From positions 96,001-160,000 of the forward strand of contig CAVQFQ010000005.1 of the NCBI GenBank assembly GCA_963711835.1: a DNA stretch of 64,000 nt. The letters are read 5' to 3'. The translations under genes and the position numbers were made by a program. This document shows positions 1 through 10,147 of this stretch, one piece after another. Source of the DNA: an uncultured delta proteobacterium (GTDB lineage Bacteria; Desulfobacterota; RBG-13-43-22). The notes beneath the pieces are model-generated. The model ran no database searches. It worked only from the letters and a program-made list of their open reading frames with translations, and was not told the DNA's origin. Within the stretch, counting starts at the first letter, position 1. Each line of letters starts with the position of its first letter.

Positions 1-340
1 CCGGTTGCGGGTTGTAAAATCTCCGGATCGCTTCCCAGCCGATTCCGCCCATGGCGGCCAGCAGCAGAACGGAGCTGACCACCGGGGCCAGAATGGTCAC
101 CCTTCGAAAACCATAGGTCCTGGCCGGCGACGGACCTCTGGCGGCCAGCCAGCCGGCGCCCCAGGCCAGGAGCAGGCTTAAGACATCGCTCAGGTTATGG
201 CCGGCGTCGGCCAGCAGCGCCAGTGACCCCCTCAGTATCCCATACCCCGCTTCAATCGTCACAAAAACAACATTCAGCAGGATCGCCGCCGCAAAGGCCC
301 GGTTATAATTTAGATTTTTTTGTGTATGATTGTGAGCCAT
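1..340 (-). CDS. Cation diffusion facilitator (CzcD/ZitB-like) transporter, 5' part, runs off the window edge
   Basis: Manual translation from ATG at 340: MAHNHTQKNLNYNRAFAAAILLNVVFVTIEAGYGILRGSLALLADAGHNLSDVLSLLLAWGA. Contains the CDF motif SLALLADAGHNLSD. Confidence 0.9.
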   Translation of the reverse strand, partial: MAHNHTQKNLNYNRAFAAAILLNVVFVTIEAGYGILRGSLALLADAGHNLSDVLSLLLAWGAGWLAARGPSPARTYGFRRVTILAPVVSSVLLLAAMGGIGWEAIRRFYNPQP

Positions 341-394
341 CCCTCGGGGTCAAAGTGTTACGGTTTTCTATACAAGGTATAGAAAAAATCCTTT

Positions 395-3093
395 TTAGTC
401 AAACAGGGATGAAGTCTTTTTAAACCGACGCTTAAAAAATTTTTCAATTTCCACGGCCCAAAAAACCGTACTGGAAAGACCAAACACCAGGAACAACTCC
501 CCGGCGGTCAGCGGTTCGGTTTTAAACACGGGGTTCAGGGCCGGGATATAAATGGTCGCCATCTGGAGCAGTATGCGTCAGCAGGACGCTGGCCAACAGC
601 GGTTTATTGGAAAAAAGACCTTGCTTAAAAAGTGACTCCCGTTCCGACCGGATAGCCATCACATGGCCGAGTTGGAGAAGACAGAGCGTGGTAAAGACCA
701 TGGTTTGCCAATGGGTATCGCCCTGGTGGATGGCCCCGGCCTGCAGTCCGAGAACCACCCCGGCCATGAGGAGCCCGACCCAGATGGCATGAACGCCCAA
801 TCCCTGGGCGAAGATGCTCTCCCGGGGGTTCCGCGGCGGCCTGTTCATCACGTCCTTCTCAGCCTTTTCAGCCGAAAGGGCCAGGGCCGGCAGACCATCG
901 GTCACGAGATTAACCCAGAGGATGTGAATAGGCAGCAAGGGGATCGGTAACCCCAGAAATGGGGCCAGAAAGAGGGTCCAGATTTCCCCGGAATTCGTGG
1001 TCAGGAGATAGCGGATGAACTTGCGAATATTGTCATAGATCTTGCGTCCTTCCCGCACGGCCTTGACGATGGTGGCGAAGTTATCGTCCATCAGGATCAT
1101 ATGGGAGGCCTCTTTGGACACATCGGTGCCGGTTATGCCCATGGCAATACCGATATCCGCCCGCTTCAGCGCCGGCGCGTCGTTGACCCCGTCCCCGGTC
1201 ATGGCCACGAATTGCCCTTTATCCTGCAGGGCCTTGACGATCTTCAGCTTCTGCTCCGGCGCGACCCGGGCGTAAACCTGTATCTTCTCTACCCGGTTTT
1301 CAAATTCCTCCAGAGAAAGCTGATCGAGTTCCCGACCGGTCAACACGGCTTTCCCGTCCCCCTCGAGGATCCCGATCCGTTTGGCGATTACCCGGGCCGT
1401 CAGCGGGTGGTCCCCGGTGATCATCACCGGCCGGATGCCGGCGGACCGGCACATGGCCACGGCCTCTCCCGCCTCCGGCCGCGGCGGATCCATCATCCCG
1501 ACGATCCCGATTAGAGTGAGTCCCGTTTCGACTCCTTCCGAGATCAACGGGTCCGGAATTTCGTCCCAGATCCGCAGGCCGAACCCCAGGGCCCGCAGGC
1601 CGTCTCCGGCAATCCGGTCGGCGATCTTCAGGATCTGCGGCCGATCGAGATCCTCCGGACCCCGACTGGTGATCGCCTTTTCGGAGCGCTCTACTATTTC
1701 CTCCACCGCCCCTTTGGTGAAGGAAATCACCCGGCCGTTTTCCCAGGGATGGAAGGTGGTCATCAACTTCCGGTCCGAATCGAAAGGGATCTCGGCCAGC
1801 CGAGGGAATTTTTCATCGAGTTTTTCCCTGAGCAAGCCCTTTTCCCGGGCCAGGTTGAACAGGGCCACCTCGGTCGGATCGCCTATGACTTTCCCGGAGG
1901 TATCCAATCGGGCGTCATTGGAGAGGGCCAGGGCCGTAAGCAGCATCCCCAGGGGGTTCCTGCCTGAAAGAGGCACCTCCGCGCTTTCAGGGCCGGCCGT
2001 CGGAAGTTCTTCGGACCGGAACAGACGGCCGTCGGCATAAATTTCTTCCACGGTCATCCGGTTTAAGGTCAGGGTTCCGGTCTTGTCGGAGCAGATATAG
2101 GTAACCGAGCCCAGGGTCTCGACCGCCGGCAGTTTCCTGATCAAAGCCTGTTGTTTGACCAGCTTTTTAGCCCCCAGGGCCAGGGAGATGGTAATGACCG
2201 CCGGCAGGGCCTCAGGGATGGCCGCCACCGCCAGAGAGATGGCCGTGAGCAGCATTAAAAGGGGCGGCTCGCCCCGGAGGAGGCCGGCGATAAAGACGAT
2301 GGCGCAGATGGCCAGAACCGCGTAGGCCAGCTTCTTACCGAAGGAAGTGAGCCGCTTCTGGAGCGGCGTCTTCCCCTCTTCCTGGGCCTGGAGCAGGGTG
2401 GCGATCCGGCCGAGTTCGGTTCGCATTCCGGTGGCCGTCACCAGGCCCTGGCCTCGGCCGTAAGTGACCAAGGTCCCTTTATAGGCCATGTTTCTCCGGT
2501 CCCCGATGGGCAGGTCCTCTTCCCTCAGCGACGTGGTTTCCTTCTCCACCGGCAGGGACTCGCCGGTCAAAGCCGCCTCTTCGGTCCGGAGCTGTATCGC
2601 TTCGATCAGCCGTATATCTGCCGGCACCACCTGGCCGGCCTCCAGGATAACCAGGTCTCCGGGAACGAGCCGGTCTGCGGTGATCTTCTCGGGCCGCCCG
2701 CCTCGAATAACGGTCGCCGAAGGGGCGGCCATCTTTTTCAGGGCGGCCATAGCCTTTTCGGCGCGGTATTCCTGAACGAACCCGAGTACGGCGTTCAGCA
2801 GCACGATAACGGCAATGGCGATGGTATCCGAAGGCTCGCCGATTATTCCGGCCACCACCGCAGCGGCGATCAAGACCAGGATCATGAAATCCTTGAACTG
2901 ATCCAGGAACATCATCCACAGCGATTTGCGTTTCTTCTCGATCAGTTCGTTGGGACCGAAGCGCTCCAGCCTGCTTCCGAACTTCCTCCTGAGTGAGACC
3001 GGTGCTTGCAGATTTAAGCCGATCCCTGACCTCGTCCGAATTAAGCTGATGCCAAACGGAATGGACTCTATTTTCTTCGGTCATTAAATCCAT
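395..3093 (-). CDS. P-type IIA (Ca2+-type) cation-transporting ATPase with two apparent +1 frameshifts (~2970 and ~572)
   Basis: DKTGTLT phosphorylation site, [12 protein letters not shown] and PEALP motifs in ORF 522..2915. The N-terminus (WHQLNSDEV...GLTQEE) is in another frame. The C-terminus ([22 protein letters not shown]...EIEK) resumes in another frame and ends at TAA 395-397. Confidence 0.9.
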
Positions 3094-3115
3094 TGAATTC
3101 TTTCTCACTTTTAGG

Positions 3116-3156
3116 AAAAAAAAGGGCTAACCGATACGGCTAACCCTTTATTTTTT
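3116..3156 (-). terminator. Rho-independent terminator after tRNA-Pro
   Basis: Minus strand AAAGGGTTAGCCG-TAT-CGGTTAGCCCTTT followed by a T run. Confidence 0.8.
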
Positions 3157-3158
3157 AC

Positions 3159-3235
3159 TGGTCGGGACGACTGGATTTGAACCAGCGACCCCCTGAACCC
3201 CATTCAGGTGCGCTACCAAACTGCGCTACGTCCCG
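3159..3235 (-). tRNA. tRNA-Pro (GGG)
   Basis: CGGGACGTAGCGCAGTTTGGTAGCGCA-CCTGA-ATGGGGT-TCAGG-GGGTCGCTGGTTCAAATCCAGTCGTCCCGACCA. 77 nt cloverleaf with encoded CCA. Confidence 0.97.
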
Positions 3236-3318
3236 TTAATCGAATAGTTACCATTTCCAACAGATTCTGTCAAGGATTCGATGGAATTTTTCTTATCATT
3301 GAAGATGGATTTAAGCGA

Positions 3319-4215
3319 TTATCCGGTGAGGATGCGCAGAGCCTCCTCATACTTGGCTTTGGTTTTGGCGATGATTTCCTGGGGCAATGAGGGAGCCGGC
3401 GGCTTTTTATCCCAGTGCAGGGACTCCAGATAGTCCCGCAAGAACTGCTTGTCGAAGCTCATTTGTGGGCCACCGGGTTTGTACTGGGCCTTGGGCCAGA
3501 AGCGGGAAGAATCCGGGGTCAGGACCTCGTCGATTAGGATCACCTTGCCGTTTAAAGCCCCGAATTCAAATTTGGTATCGGCAATGATGATCCCCTTTTC
3601 TTCGCCCAGCGAGCGGGCCTTTTCATAGATAGCCAGGCTGCTGTTGGCCAGATAATGGGCCAGATCCGCTCCCAGGATTTTTACCGCAGCCTTCAGGGTG
3701 ACGTTTTCATCATGGGTTCCCAGTTCCGCTTTGGTCGAGGGTGTAAAGATGGGCTCAACCAGACGGTCGGACTCCTTCAAGCCGGACGGCAATTTGATTC
3801 CGCAGATTTCCCCGGTCTCCTGATAATCCTTCCAGCCCGATCCTGATAGATAACCGCGCACGATGCATTCCACCGGCAGGGGTTTGGTCTTTTTGACCAG
3901 CATGGTGCGGTCCTTGAGGTCTTCTTCGTAGAGCCAACATTCCTTGGGAAAATCCTTGACCTCGGTAGAAACAAGATGGTTGGGAATCAGGGGTTCCATA
4001 ACCTTAAACCAAAATTTGGAAATCCGGGTTAGCAGGATACCCTTTCCGGGGATCGGATTAGGCATGATCACATCGAAGGCTGAAATCCGGTCGCTGGCGA
4101 CGATCAAAAGATTCTCCCCCAGGTCGTAAATATCCCTAACCTTGCCTCGGTTGAACAACTTCAATTTCGGGAAGTTGGTCTCCATCAGTCCTTTCCGCTG
4201 CCATAATCCCTCCAT
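3319..4215 (-). CDS. purC: SAICAR synthetase
   Basis: [35 protein letters not shown] and [10 protein letters not shown] motifs. Start uncertain: the RBS-linked ATG at 4204 is out of frame by one base. Confidence 0.97.
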   Translation of the reverse strand: MEGLWQRKGLMETNFPKLKLFNRGKVRDIYDLGENLLIVASDRISAFDVIMPNPIPGKGILLTRISKFWFKVMEPLIPNHLVSTEVKDFPKECWLYEEDLKDRTMLVKKTKPLPVECIVRGYLSGSGWKDYQETGEICGIKLPSGLKESDRLVEPIFTPSTKAELGTHDENVTLKAAVKILGADLAHYLANSSLAIYEKARSLGEEKGIIIADTKFEFGALNGKVILIDEVLTPDSSRFWPKAQYKPGGPQMSFDKQFLRDYLESLHWDKKPPAPSLPQEIIAKTKAKYEEALRILTG

Positions 4216-4225
4216 CTAAAGACGC

Positions 4226-4395
4226 TTTCTCACCGCCCGCTCGTCACGCCCATGGCGTGACGAGCTCAAGACGCAAAGACCCCCAAGAGAGATATTTTTC
4301 CTTTGCCTGTGCTTGACAGGCAAAGGGGAAAGAAGCTCGTTTTGCTTTCCGCCCTCTCAGCGGAAAACAAAGACTACTCCTCTTTGCGTCCTTCG
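4226..4395. repeat. REP/MITE-like multi-hairpin element interrupted by the intron; the rest of its right arm is at ~6387-6403
   Basis: Left arm TTCTCACCGC...AAGACGCAAAGAC matches the reverse complement of the rejoined right arm (CTCTTTGCGTCCTTCG|CGTCTCTGCGGTGAAAA). Internal stems GCTCGTCACGCC/GGCGTGACGAGC, CCTTTGCCTGT/ACAGGCAAAGG and TTTCCGC/GCGGAAA. Confidence 0.7.
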
Positions 4396-6385
4396 GTTGG
4401 AGTAGGAATCAGGGTTGCCCCTGACCCCCTCCACAGATCCCAGCGTGCGGGACTACCGCACTGGGCTCCTACCTTGGGTAATGACGTACCGGCCCAAGTC
4501 GGGATAAGGATGATAGATTCGCGGACGGGGTAACCATCGGGATATGAATCGGTTCATACGCTCCCAGTTCAGGCGGTGTCGTTGGCTTCGTCTCTGGAGC
4601 GTTTTGTACCACAGATGACTGACATGATACCTAAAGGCCTCCATTTTATCGCTGTTCCCCGGTACACCATAGTACCGGTAGTGGCCCAGCAGTACCACTC
4701 GAAGCCATTGCCCGACCTCCGGTATGGGGTCGTGAAGCCTTCGTCTGAGTTCCTCCTTCAACTGCCTTCAGCTTTCCTCGGATTCGTTTCCCCATACTTC
4801 GGCGGTTCACGACAAACTTACCGTTTCGGGTCCGTCCGCAGCTATGGGTGAACCCCAGAAAATCAAAGGTCTCCGGCTTCCCTTGGCCCCGCTTGGCCCG
4901 GTTTTCCGCCGCAAACCGCCCAAACTCCAGAAGGCGGGTCTTGTCGGCGTTCAGTTCCAGTCCAAATCGGTGAAAACGTTCTCGCAGCGCTTCCAGAAAC
5001 CGGATGGCCTCTTCCCGATACTGAAAGCCAATAATGAAGTCGTCGGCAAATCGCACGATGATCATCTCCCCGTGGGCTTGCTTTCGTCTCCATTGGTCGG
5101 CCCAAAGATCCAGCACATAGTGCAGGTAGATGTTGGCCAGCAGAGGGCTGATACTCCCCCCTTGCGGCACTCCTTCTTCCGGCAGGGATTTCTTCCCCTC
5201 TTCCATTACACCGGCCTGCAACCACTTCCGTATGTGCCGGATTACCCGTTTGTCCGCTATCCGGTGCTCGACGAACTTCACCAGCCATTCGTGGTCGATG
5301 GAGTCAAAATAACCCCGAATGTCGGCGTCCAGCACCCAGCTTACCTTTCTCGTCATGATCCCGGCCATCAGGGCGTTCAGCGCCTCATGGGGACTGCGCC
5401 CCGGTCGGAATCCATACGAGAAGCCGAGGAAATCCGTTTCGTAGATGCCGTTCAATACCTCCACCAGTGCCCGCTGGACGATCTTGTCCTCCAGGACCGT
5501 CACCCCCAGCGGCCGCTGTCTTCCCATCCGGTTTCGGTATGTAGGCCCTACGAACCGGCTTGGCTCGGTACGCTCCGCGTTTCAGCCGTTCGGAGAGATC
5601 TCTGGAGGTTCTTCTCCCGATCTTCCCCGTAGTGCCGCCACGTCTCCCCGTCTATCCCCGGTGCGGCTTCCCGTTTCAGTTCCCAAGTAGGCCTCCCGGA
5701 GTCGGTCCAGGTCATAGACATGGTGCCAGAGCGCGGTAAACTGCATCCTTCCTATCCCGGCAGGCAGCCTGCCGTATCCGTTCCACCGCACTGGGCAAGC
5801 CATTCAGTTCGAGTTGGTCTTCCTTCCGGATCAATGGTCCTTCAGTGATTCCCATCCCGTCCTCTTCTCCGGCCCTGGGTCCGGTGCTTGTTTTGGTGGA
5901 ACGTCTTCCCCTTGGTCAGGCCCCTTCCCTCCACCTCCTCCGCCAGTCGGATTCTCACCGACTCTTGTTCGGAGGCTTCTCCGGTACCTATGGGCCTGTC
6001 CGACTTCCCCGGTTCGTTCATCGCTGTCGTGTCCCCTTGGGGTTCACAGCGCGTCCCCTGGTTCCATCTCCCAAGGGCAAACCAGGGATCTCCCGGTTCC
6101 CGTGCAGAAAGCTTCCAGACGTGCGCAGGGTCTCCGACCACGCGGGGCCAATACACTTCTCGCCTTAGCGAAGTGCATCGTGTTGCCTTCCGTGCACGTC
6201 GACGCCGTCGGCACCCCGATCTTGAGCCACCTTTCGCGGCTCAATACCTGGCCCGCCTTTTCCCCTGTCAACGCTTCGCCTATGCCCTTACGGACATCTG
6301 CGCATGACTCGGGGCCGATGTGGCTGGCTATGCCTTCATCGTATGGAACTTTCATCCACTACTTTCTGCCGGTCTCCCGGCGCAA
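4396..6385 (-). mobile_element. Group II intron, bacterial class E-like, ~1.99 kb
   Basis: 5' end (G)TTGCGCCGGGAGACCGGCAGAAAG. Domain V GAGCCCAGTGCGGTAGTCCCGCACGCTGGGATCTGTGGAGGGGG. Domain VI ends CCTACTCCAAC. Internal RT ORF. Class assignment rests on recalled consensus only. Confidence 0.93.
4453..5855 (-). CDS. ltrA: Intron-encoded reverse transcriptase/maturase without an endonuclease domain; at least five apparent +1 frameshifts
   Basis: ATG 5855 after AGAGGA. Motifs FTALWHHVY, RPLGVTVLEDKIVQRA, SYGFRPGRS, DADIRGYFD, GVPQGGSISPLLANIYLH, RFADD, FDFLGFTH and maturase GHYRYYGVPGN. Frame breaks near 5750, 5680, 5600, 5525 and 4760. Confidence 0.9.
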
Positions 6386-6482
6386 CCGTCTCTGCGGTGA
6401 AAAAAATGCCTTCGCTTTATTAGTTCCCTCAGCACTTGAACTTTACCATTTTCTTGACCGAATAATCCGGGTGCCTCTTGAA

Positions 6483-7178
6483 TCAGGTAACAACCTCTTC
6501 CTGATAGAAATCGGAAAAGCTCCCAGCCCCGGCCTGTTCGAACTCGCGAATCCAGCTTTGGACCCTCTCTTTGCCGTAGGCCTTTTCCCAACCGGCGATA
6601 ATGATGTCCACAGGGATGTCGGCATAGGTTCCAGAGAACCCCACATACTCCATAAATTTCCTGTTTTCAAGATTAAAGGGTTGGAAGATGGAATCCTCCA
6701 GACCGTTGAATTCCAGGGGTTGCACCTTGTGTCGTTCACACAACTCCTTATTAAAGGCCGGGGTGGCCTTGACCCATATCCCATTCAGATAAAAGTCCAC
6801 ATAGCCATGATAGACAAACAGGTCCGAGGCCATCCTTTCCTGCAATTGACGGGTAAGCAAATGATTGCGGACCGTTGCGAAACCCACCCTGGAGGGAATT
6901 TCCAGGGCCCGTCCCAGGGCGCAAAGCAGGGAAGCTTTGCAGACACAATAACCCTGCCCGCTCTTGAGGACATTGCTGGCCCGGTAATGCTCCGGGAGGT
7001 AAAAGGGATAATAAGGGGTGTAGCGGATGCCGTCCCGGACGGCATAATAGATCTTCACTGCTTTCTCAACAGGGTCCAGGCTATGGTCGGCTGCTTTCCT
7101 GGCATAAGCAATTATGCTGGGATGGTCGCTGTCGATAATTGAGGTGGGCTCAAGATAAGCCGGGTCTATGGTATTCAT
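6483..7178 (-). CDS. Transglutaminase-like family protein
   Basis: YLEPTSIIDSDHP, VRDGIRY, GYCVCKASLLCAL, VRNHL and HGY...ATPAF pattern. Confidence 0.85.
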   Translation of the reverse strand: MNTIDPAYLEPTSIIDSDHPSIIAYARKAADHSLDPVEKAVKIYYAVRDGIRYTPYYPFYLPEHYRASNVLKSGQGYCVCKASLLCALGRALEIPSRVGFATVRNHLLTRQLQERMASDLFVYHGYVDFYLNGIWVKATPAFNKELCERHKVQPLEFNGLEDSIFQPFNLENRKFMEYVGFSGTYADIPVDIIIAGWEKAYGKERVQSWIREFEQAGAGSFSDFYQEEVVT

Positions 7179-7232
7179 TCCTGTTTTATCCTTAACGGCG
7201 TTGGTCTGGGTCGGTGGCTAAAATAGGGAAAT

Positions 7233-8324
7233 TTAATCTCCGAAGCCGATGCCGATGGCCCGGGCGGTTTTGACCCAGGGAGAGTCCAATGGGACGAAGC
7301 GGGTTTTTCCTCCTACGGTCTCCAGAGGAACCGATGTGATCTGGTTGCCCTTAAGGGCTACCATGCGGCCATATTTTTTTTGGGCTGCCATTCTGACGGC
7401 AACCACCCCCAATCGGGTGGCAAAATTCCGGTCAAAGGCGGTCGGGGTGCCGCCCCGTTGCAGATGTCCCAGGACCGACACCCGGCTTTCAATGCCGGTT
7501 TTTCCCTCGATCCGTTCGGTCAACCAGTTCCCGATCCCCCCCAGGCGAATGGGATCCGGACTGCCTAATATCCTTTTTTTGACCATGGCCTTTCTGCCTT
7601 TTGCCCGGGCCCCTTCGGCCACGACGATGATGCTGAAGCGGTGGCCGACCTGAGTCCGCCTATTAACCTGACGGACTATCCGGGAAAGATCAAAAGGAAT
7701 TTCCGGGATTAAAATCACATCGCCCCCGGAGGCCAAACCGGCCATTAAGGCCAGCCAGCCGGCGTAGCGTCCCATGGTTTCCACCACCATGATCCGGTGA
7801 TGGGATTGGGCGGTGGAATGGATCTTGTCGATGGCTTCGGCGGCGTTGGCCACGGCGGTATCAAAACCGAAAGAGAGATCGGTGCCCATCAAATCGTTGT
7901 CAATGGTCTTGGGAATGCCGATCAGGGGCAGTCCTTGGTCCACTAATTTGGAAGCAATGGCCAGGGTGCCGTCCCCGCCGGCGCAGAGCAAGGCATCCAA
8001 TTTAAGCCTTTCGAAATTCCGGATCACCTCCGCCGAGTAATCTCTTGGATTTTCTTTCGGCTGATTCGGATCCGAAAAATGAAAAGGATCGGTCCGGTTG
8101 GAGGTCCCCAGGATGGTCCCTCCCTGATCCAAAATTCCGGCCACATCTTCACCGGACAAGGGGCGGGTTTTATTGAGCAGAAGGCCAAGGAAGCCATCCT
8201 GGATGCCGATTACCTCCAGGCCGTAGCCAAGGATGGCCGTCCGGGTCACCGCCCGGATAAGGGCATTTAATCCGGGACAGTCGCCGCCGCCGGTCAGAAT
8301 TCCGATGCGTTTATTCAAAACCAT
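7233..8324 (-). CDS. pfkA: 6-phosphofructokinase (PfkA family)
   Basis: ILTGGGDCPGLN, GGTILGTS, GGDGT, PKTIDND, ETMGRYAGW and LGHLQRGG motifs. Confidence 0.95.
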   Translation of the reverse strand: MVLNKRIGILTGGGDCPGLNALIRAVTRTAILGYGLEVIGIQDGFLGLLLNKTRPLSGEDVAGILDQGGTILGTSNRTDPFHFSDPNQPKENPRDYSAEVIRNFERLKLDALLCAGGDGTLAIASKLVDQGLPLIGIPKTIDNDLMGTDLSFGFDTAVANAAEAIDKIHSTAQSHHRIMVVETMGRYAGWLALMAGLASGGDVILIPEIPFDLSRIVRQVNRRTQVGHRFSIIVVAEGARAKGRKAMVKKRILGSPDPIRLGGIGNWLTERIEGKTGIESRVSVLGHLQRGGTPTAFDRNFATRLGVVAVRMAAQKKYGRMVALKGNQITSVPLETVGGKTRFVPLDSPWVKTARAIGIGFGD

Positions 8325-8370
8325 GGAGGGAAGCCTTTTGCTGAAGGATCCTGAGTTGCCGGGCAGATCA

Positions 8371-8712
8371 TCAATCCCGGCCGAAGTCATCGGCCAGCCG
8401 CTCGATATCATCCTCTCCGAAATAGTCCCCGGTCTGGATCTCGATAAAAGCCAGGTCCTTTGAACCCGGATTTTGAATCCGGTGCAGAACCCCCTTCGGG
8501 ATATCGACGGCCTCCCCGGCCTTGAGGTCGAGTTGATCTTCATCCCGGGTGACCAGGGCCCGTCCAAAAAGGATATACCAATGTTCGGAACGCCTTTGAT
8601 GCCTCTGGAGGCTTAAACGTTTTCCCGGGTAAACGACGATTCTTTTTACCTTATGATCCGGTTCGTCCGATAGGACCTGATAGAAACCCCAGGGGCGGTG
8701 ATCTTCTTCCAT
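8371..8712 (-). CDS. Stand-alone mannose-6-phosphate isomerase type II cupin domain protein
   Basis: RPWGFYQVL, LSLQRHQRRSEHW, HRIQNPG and EIQTGDYFGEDDIERLADDFGR. Confidence 0.92.
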   Translation of the reverse strand: MEEDHRPWGFYQVLSDEPDHKVKRIVVYPGKRLSLQRHQRRSEHWYILFGRALVTRDEDQLDLKAGEAVDIPKGVLHRIQNPGSKDLAFIEIQTGDYFGEDDIERLADDFGRD

Positions 8713-8784
8713 ATTTTTCTCCTTGAATACCTTATACCACCAGTCCCGGGGTTTTTCCAAATCAAAAAGGGAACGGGCACCCAA

Positions 8785-8901
8785 TAGATTCTTACATCTT
8801 TTAGTCTGAGAATTTATCTCTAACTTTCCAAAATAAGGTGTTGGGGGGACCCCCCAACACCATTTCTTCAAGATGTGAAAAAAATTTAAAACATCTTTGT
8901 T
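8785..8901 (-). repeat. Dispersed repeat family A, copy 1 (empty: no internal cassette)
   Basis: Minus strand GAAGAAAT-GGTGTTGGGGGG-T-CCCCCCAACACC-TTATTTTGGAAAGTTAGAGATAAATTCTCAGACTAAAAGATGTAAGAATC. Flanks match the copies at 19.5 kb and 28.4 kb. Confidence 0.85.
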
Positions 8902-8907
8902 TGGGCT

Positions 8908-9918
8908 TCAGGAATCGCTCTGAAAGGCCGCCATCGCCTCCTGGTAGATACGTTTAAGGTCCCGGCTGTATTTAGGGGAAAAATGGCAGGGAATGAGTTC
9001 CTTGACCCCTCCCTCCCGGCCCAGCCTTCCGGCCTGCCTGGCGGTTAGGTGATGTTTTTCTTCGGCTTTTGACGCGTCTTCCTCTAGGAAGGCCGCTTCG
9101 ATAAAAAGCCGGTCCGAGCCCTGAATCAGATTTTTGATGACGGGGTGGGTCGTTGGGTTTAATTGGGTGTCCACGACATAACTGATCTTTTGCCCGGGTG
9201 TGATCCGGACTACCTTTTTTCTCAACTCCCCCAGGGGAATGGTTCTTTCCCGCCTTCCCCCCTGCCCTGCTTCCGGAATCGGGATTGGAAATGCATCCTT
9301 CTCCCCTCTCCATAGGGCTTCCTTTAGGTCCCTTAACCAGGGCCCTTTGGGAAATCCCAATTTCACCAATTCCGGCTCCAGGATATTGATATGGAACCTC
9401 TCCTCCAGACTGAAGCCCAGACAAGGGATCTTATGGTCCAAAAAGGCGGCTTTAACCCTGAAGGAGTCCTCTTCATGGAGGGTTTCCTGAAAAAAAGGTT
9501 CTTCCTCGAGCCGCTCTCTTTTAAAAGCCCGGGAGGAGCGGAAAAGGGCTTTTCTGAGGAACCCGGGATGGACTTCGATGGTCAATAAATCCAAGGACGA
9601 GGGGAAATTTTCGATGAGATTCCAGGTATAGGCGGAGAGCCGGTTTTCCAACTGGTCGATGAAATGAGGCGGGCCGAAAAGGCGGAGCAGTTTCTCTCTC
9701 CCCAGACAGAGGCGCAGGAGACGATCAAACCCGATAAAATGATCCATGTGGGTGTGGCTGATAAAGATGTGGGAAAGGCGCAGGATTTTGCGGGGAGGCA
9801 CCGTCCCTATTTCACCAAGATCAAAGAGCACGGCCCTGCGGGCAAATTTCATATCAATATAAAGGGTGGGATCGCCCTCCGGCCCGTTTACCAGATAGGG
9901 ATGGAAAAGAGGATTCAT
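8908..9918 (-). CDS. Ribonuclease Z-like metallo-beta-lactamase fold protein
   Basis: SHTHMDHFIG, DHKIPCLGF, EAAF, HHLTARQAG and HFSPKY motifs. Confidence 0.85.
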   Translation of the reverse strand: MNPLFHPYLVNGPEGDPTLYIDMKFARRAVLFDLGEIGTVPPRKILRLSHIFISHTHMDHFIGFDRLLRLCLGREKLLRLFGPPHFIDQLENRLSAYTWNLIENFPSSLDLLTIEVHPGFLRKALFRSSRAFKRERLEEEPFFQETLHEEDSFRVKAAFLDHKIPCLGFSLEERFHINILEPELVKLGFPKGPWLRDLKEALWRGEKDAFPIPIPEAGQGGRRERTIPLGELRKKVVRITPGQKISYVVDTQLNPTTHPVIKNLIQGSDRLFIEAAFLEEDASKAEEKHHLTARQAGRLGREGGVKELIPCHFSPKYSRDLKRIYQEAMAAFQSDS

Positions 9919-9994
9919 GGCCATCCAGTATAAGGCATCCATCCGAATAATTCCAGATCCCAACGGTGAAATCATTTCGGCCCTTAGATGGTTA

Positions 9995-10024
9995 TTGCAT
10001 TTAATCCCGGGAATCGAATATAAT
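9995..10024 (+). promoter_or_regulatory. sigma70-like promoter
   Basis: TTGCAT-18 bp-TATAAT upstream of the 10148 ORF, followed by a perfect 12 bp hairpin CTCATCCGGAAA/TTTCCGGATGAG. Confidence 0.55.
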
Positions 10025-10147
10025 CAGTCCTCATCCGGAAACAATCCTTTCCGGATGAGAGGCCTCAGCCATCAGCACTAAATGGCCCCTTCCCCCCGGG
10101 CGGGGAAAGGGTGGGATGGGAGGAAACGGGAGAGGAGAACAACAACC

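Noticed and set aside
6044-6355. ORF MKVPYDEGIASHIGPESC...
   Set aside because: Lies within intron domain I RNA; a typical spurious translation of conserved ribozyme sequence.
3159-6400. tRNA-anchored genomic island, retron or DGR
   Set aside because: No integrase or att duplication was seen. The RT has group II intron domains V/VI and a maturase, with no msr/msd or TR/VR pair.
5814-7142. 442-aa plus-strand ORF
   Set aside because: Antisense to the intron RNA and the transglutaminase gene, crosses the intron boundary, and has no recognisable motifs.
10029-10110. Possible fluoride or c-di-GMP riboswitch (GCTGATGGCT on the minus strand, hairpins)
   Set aside because: The required 5' conserved elements are absent; only simple hairpins are supported.
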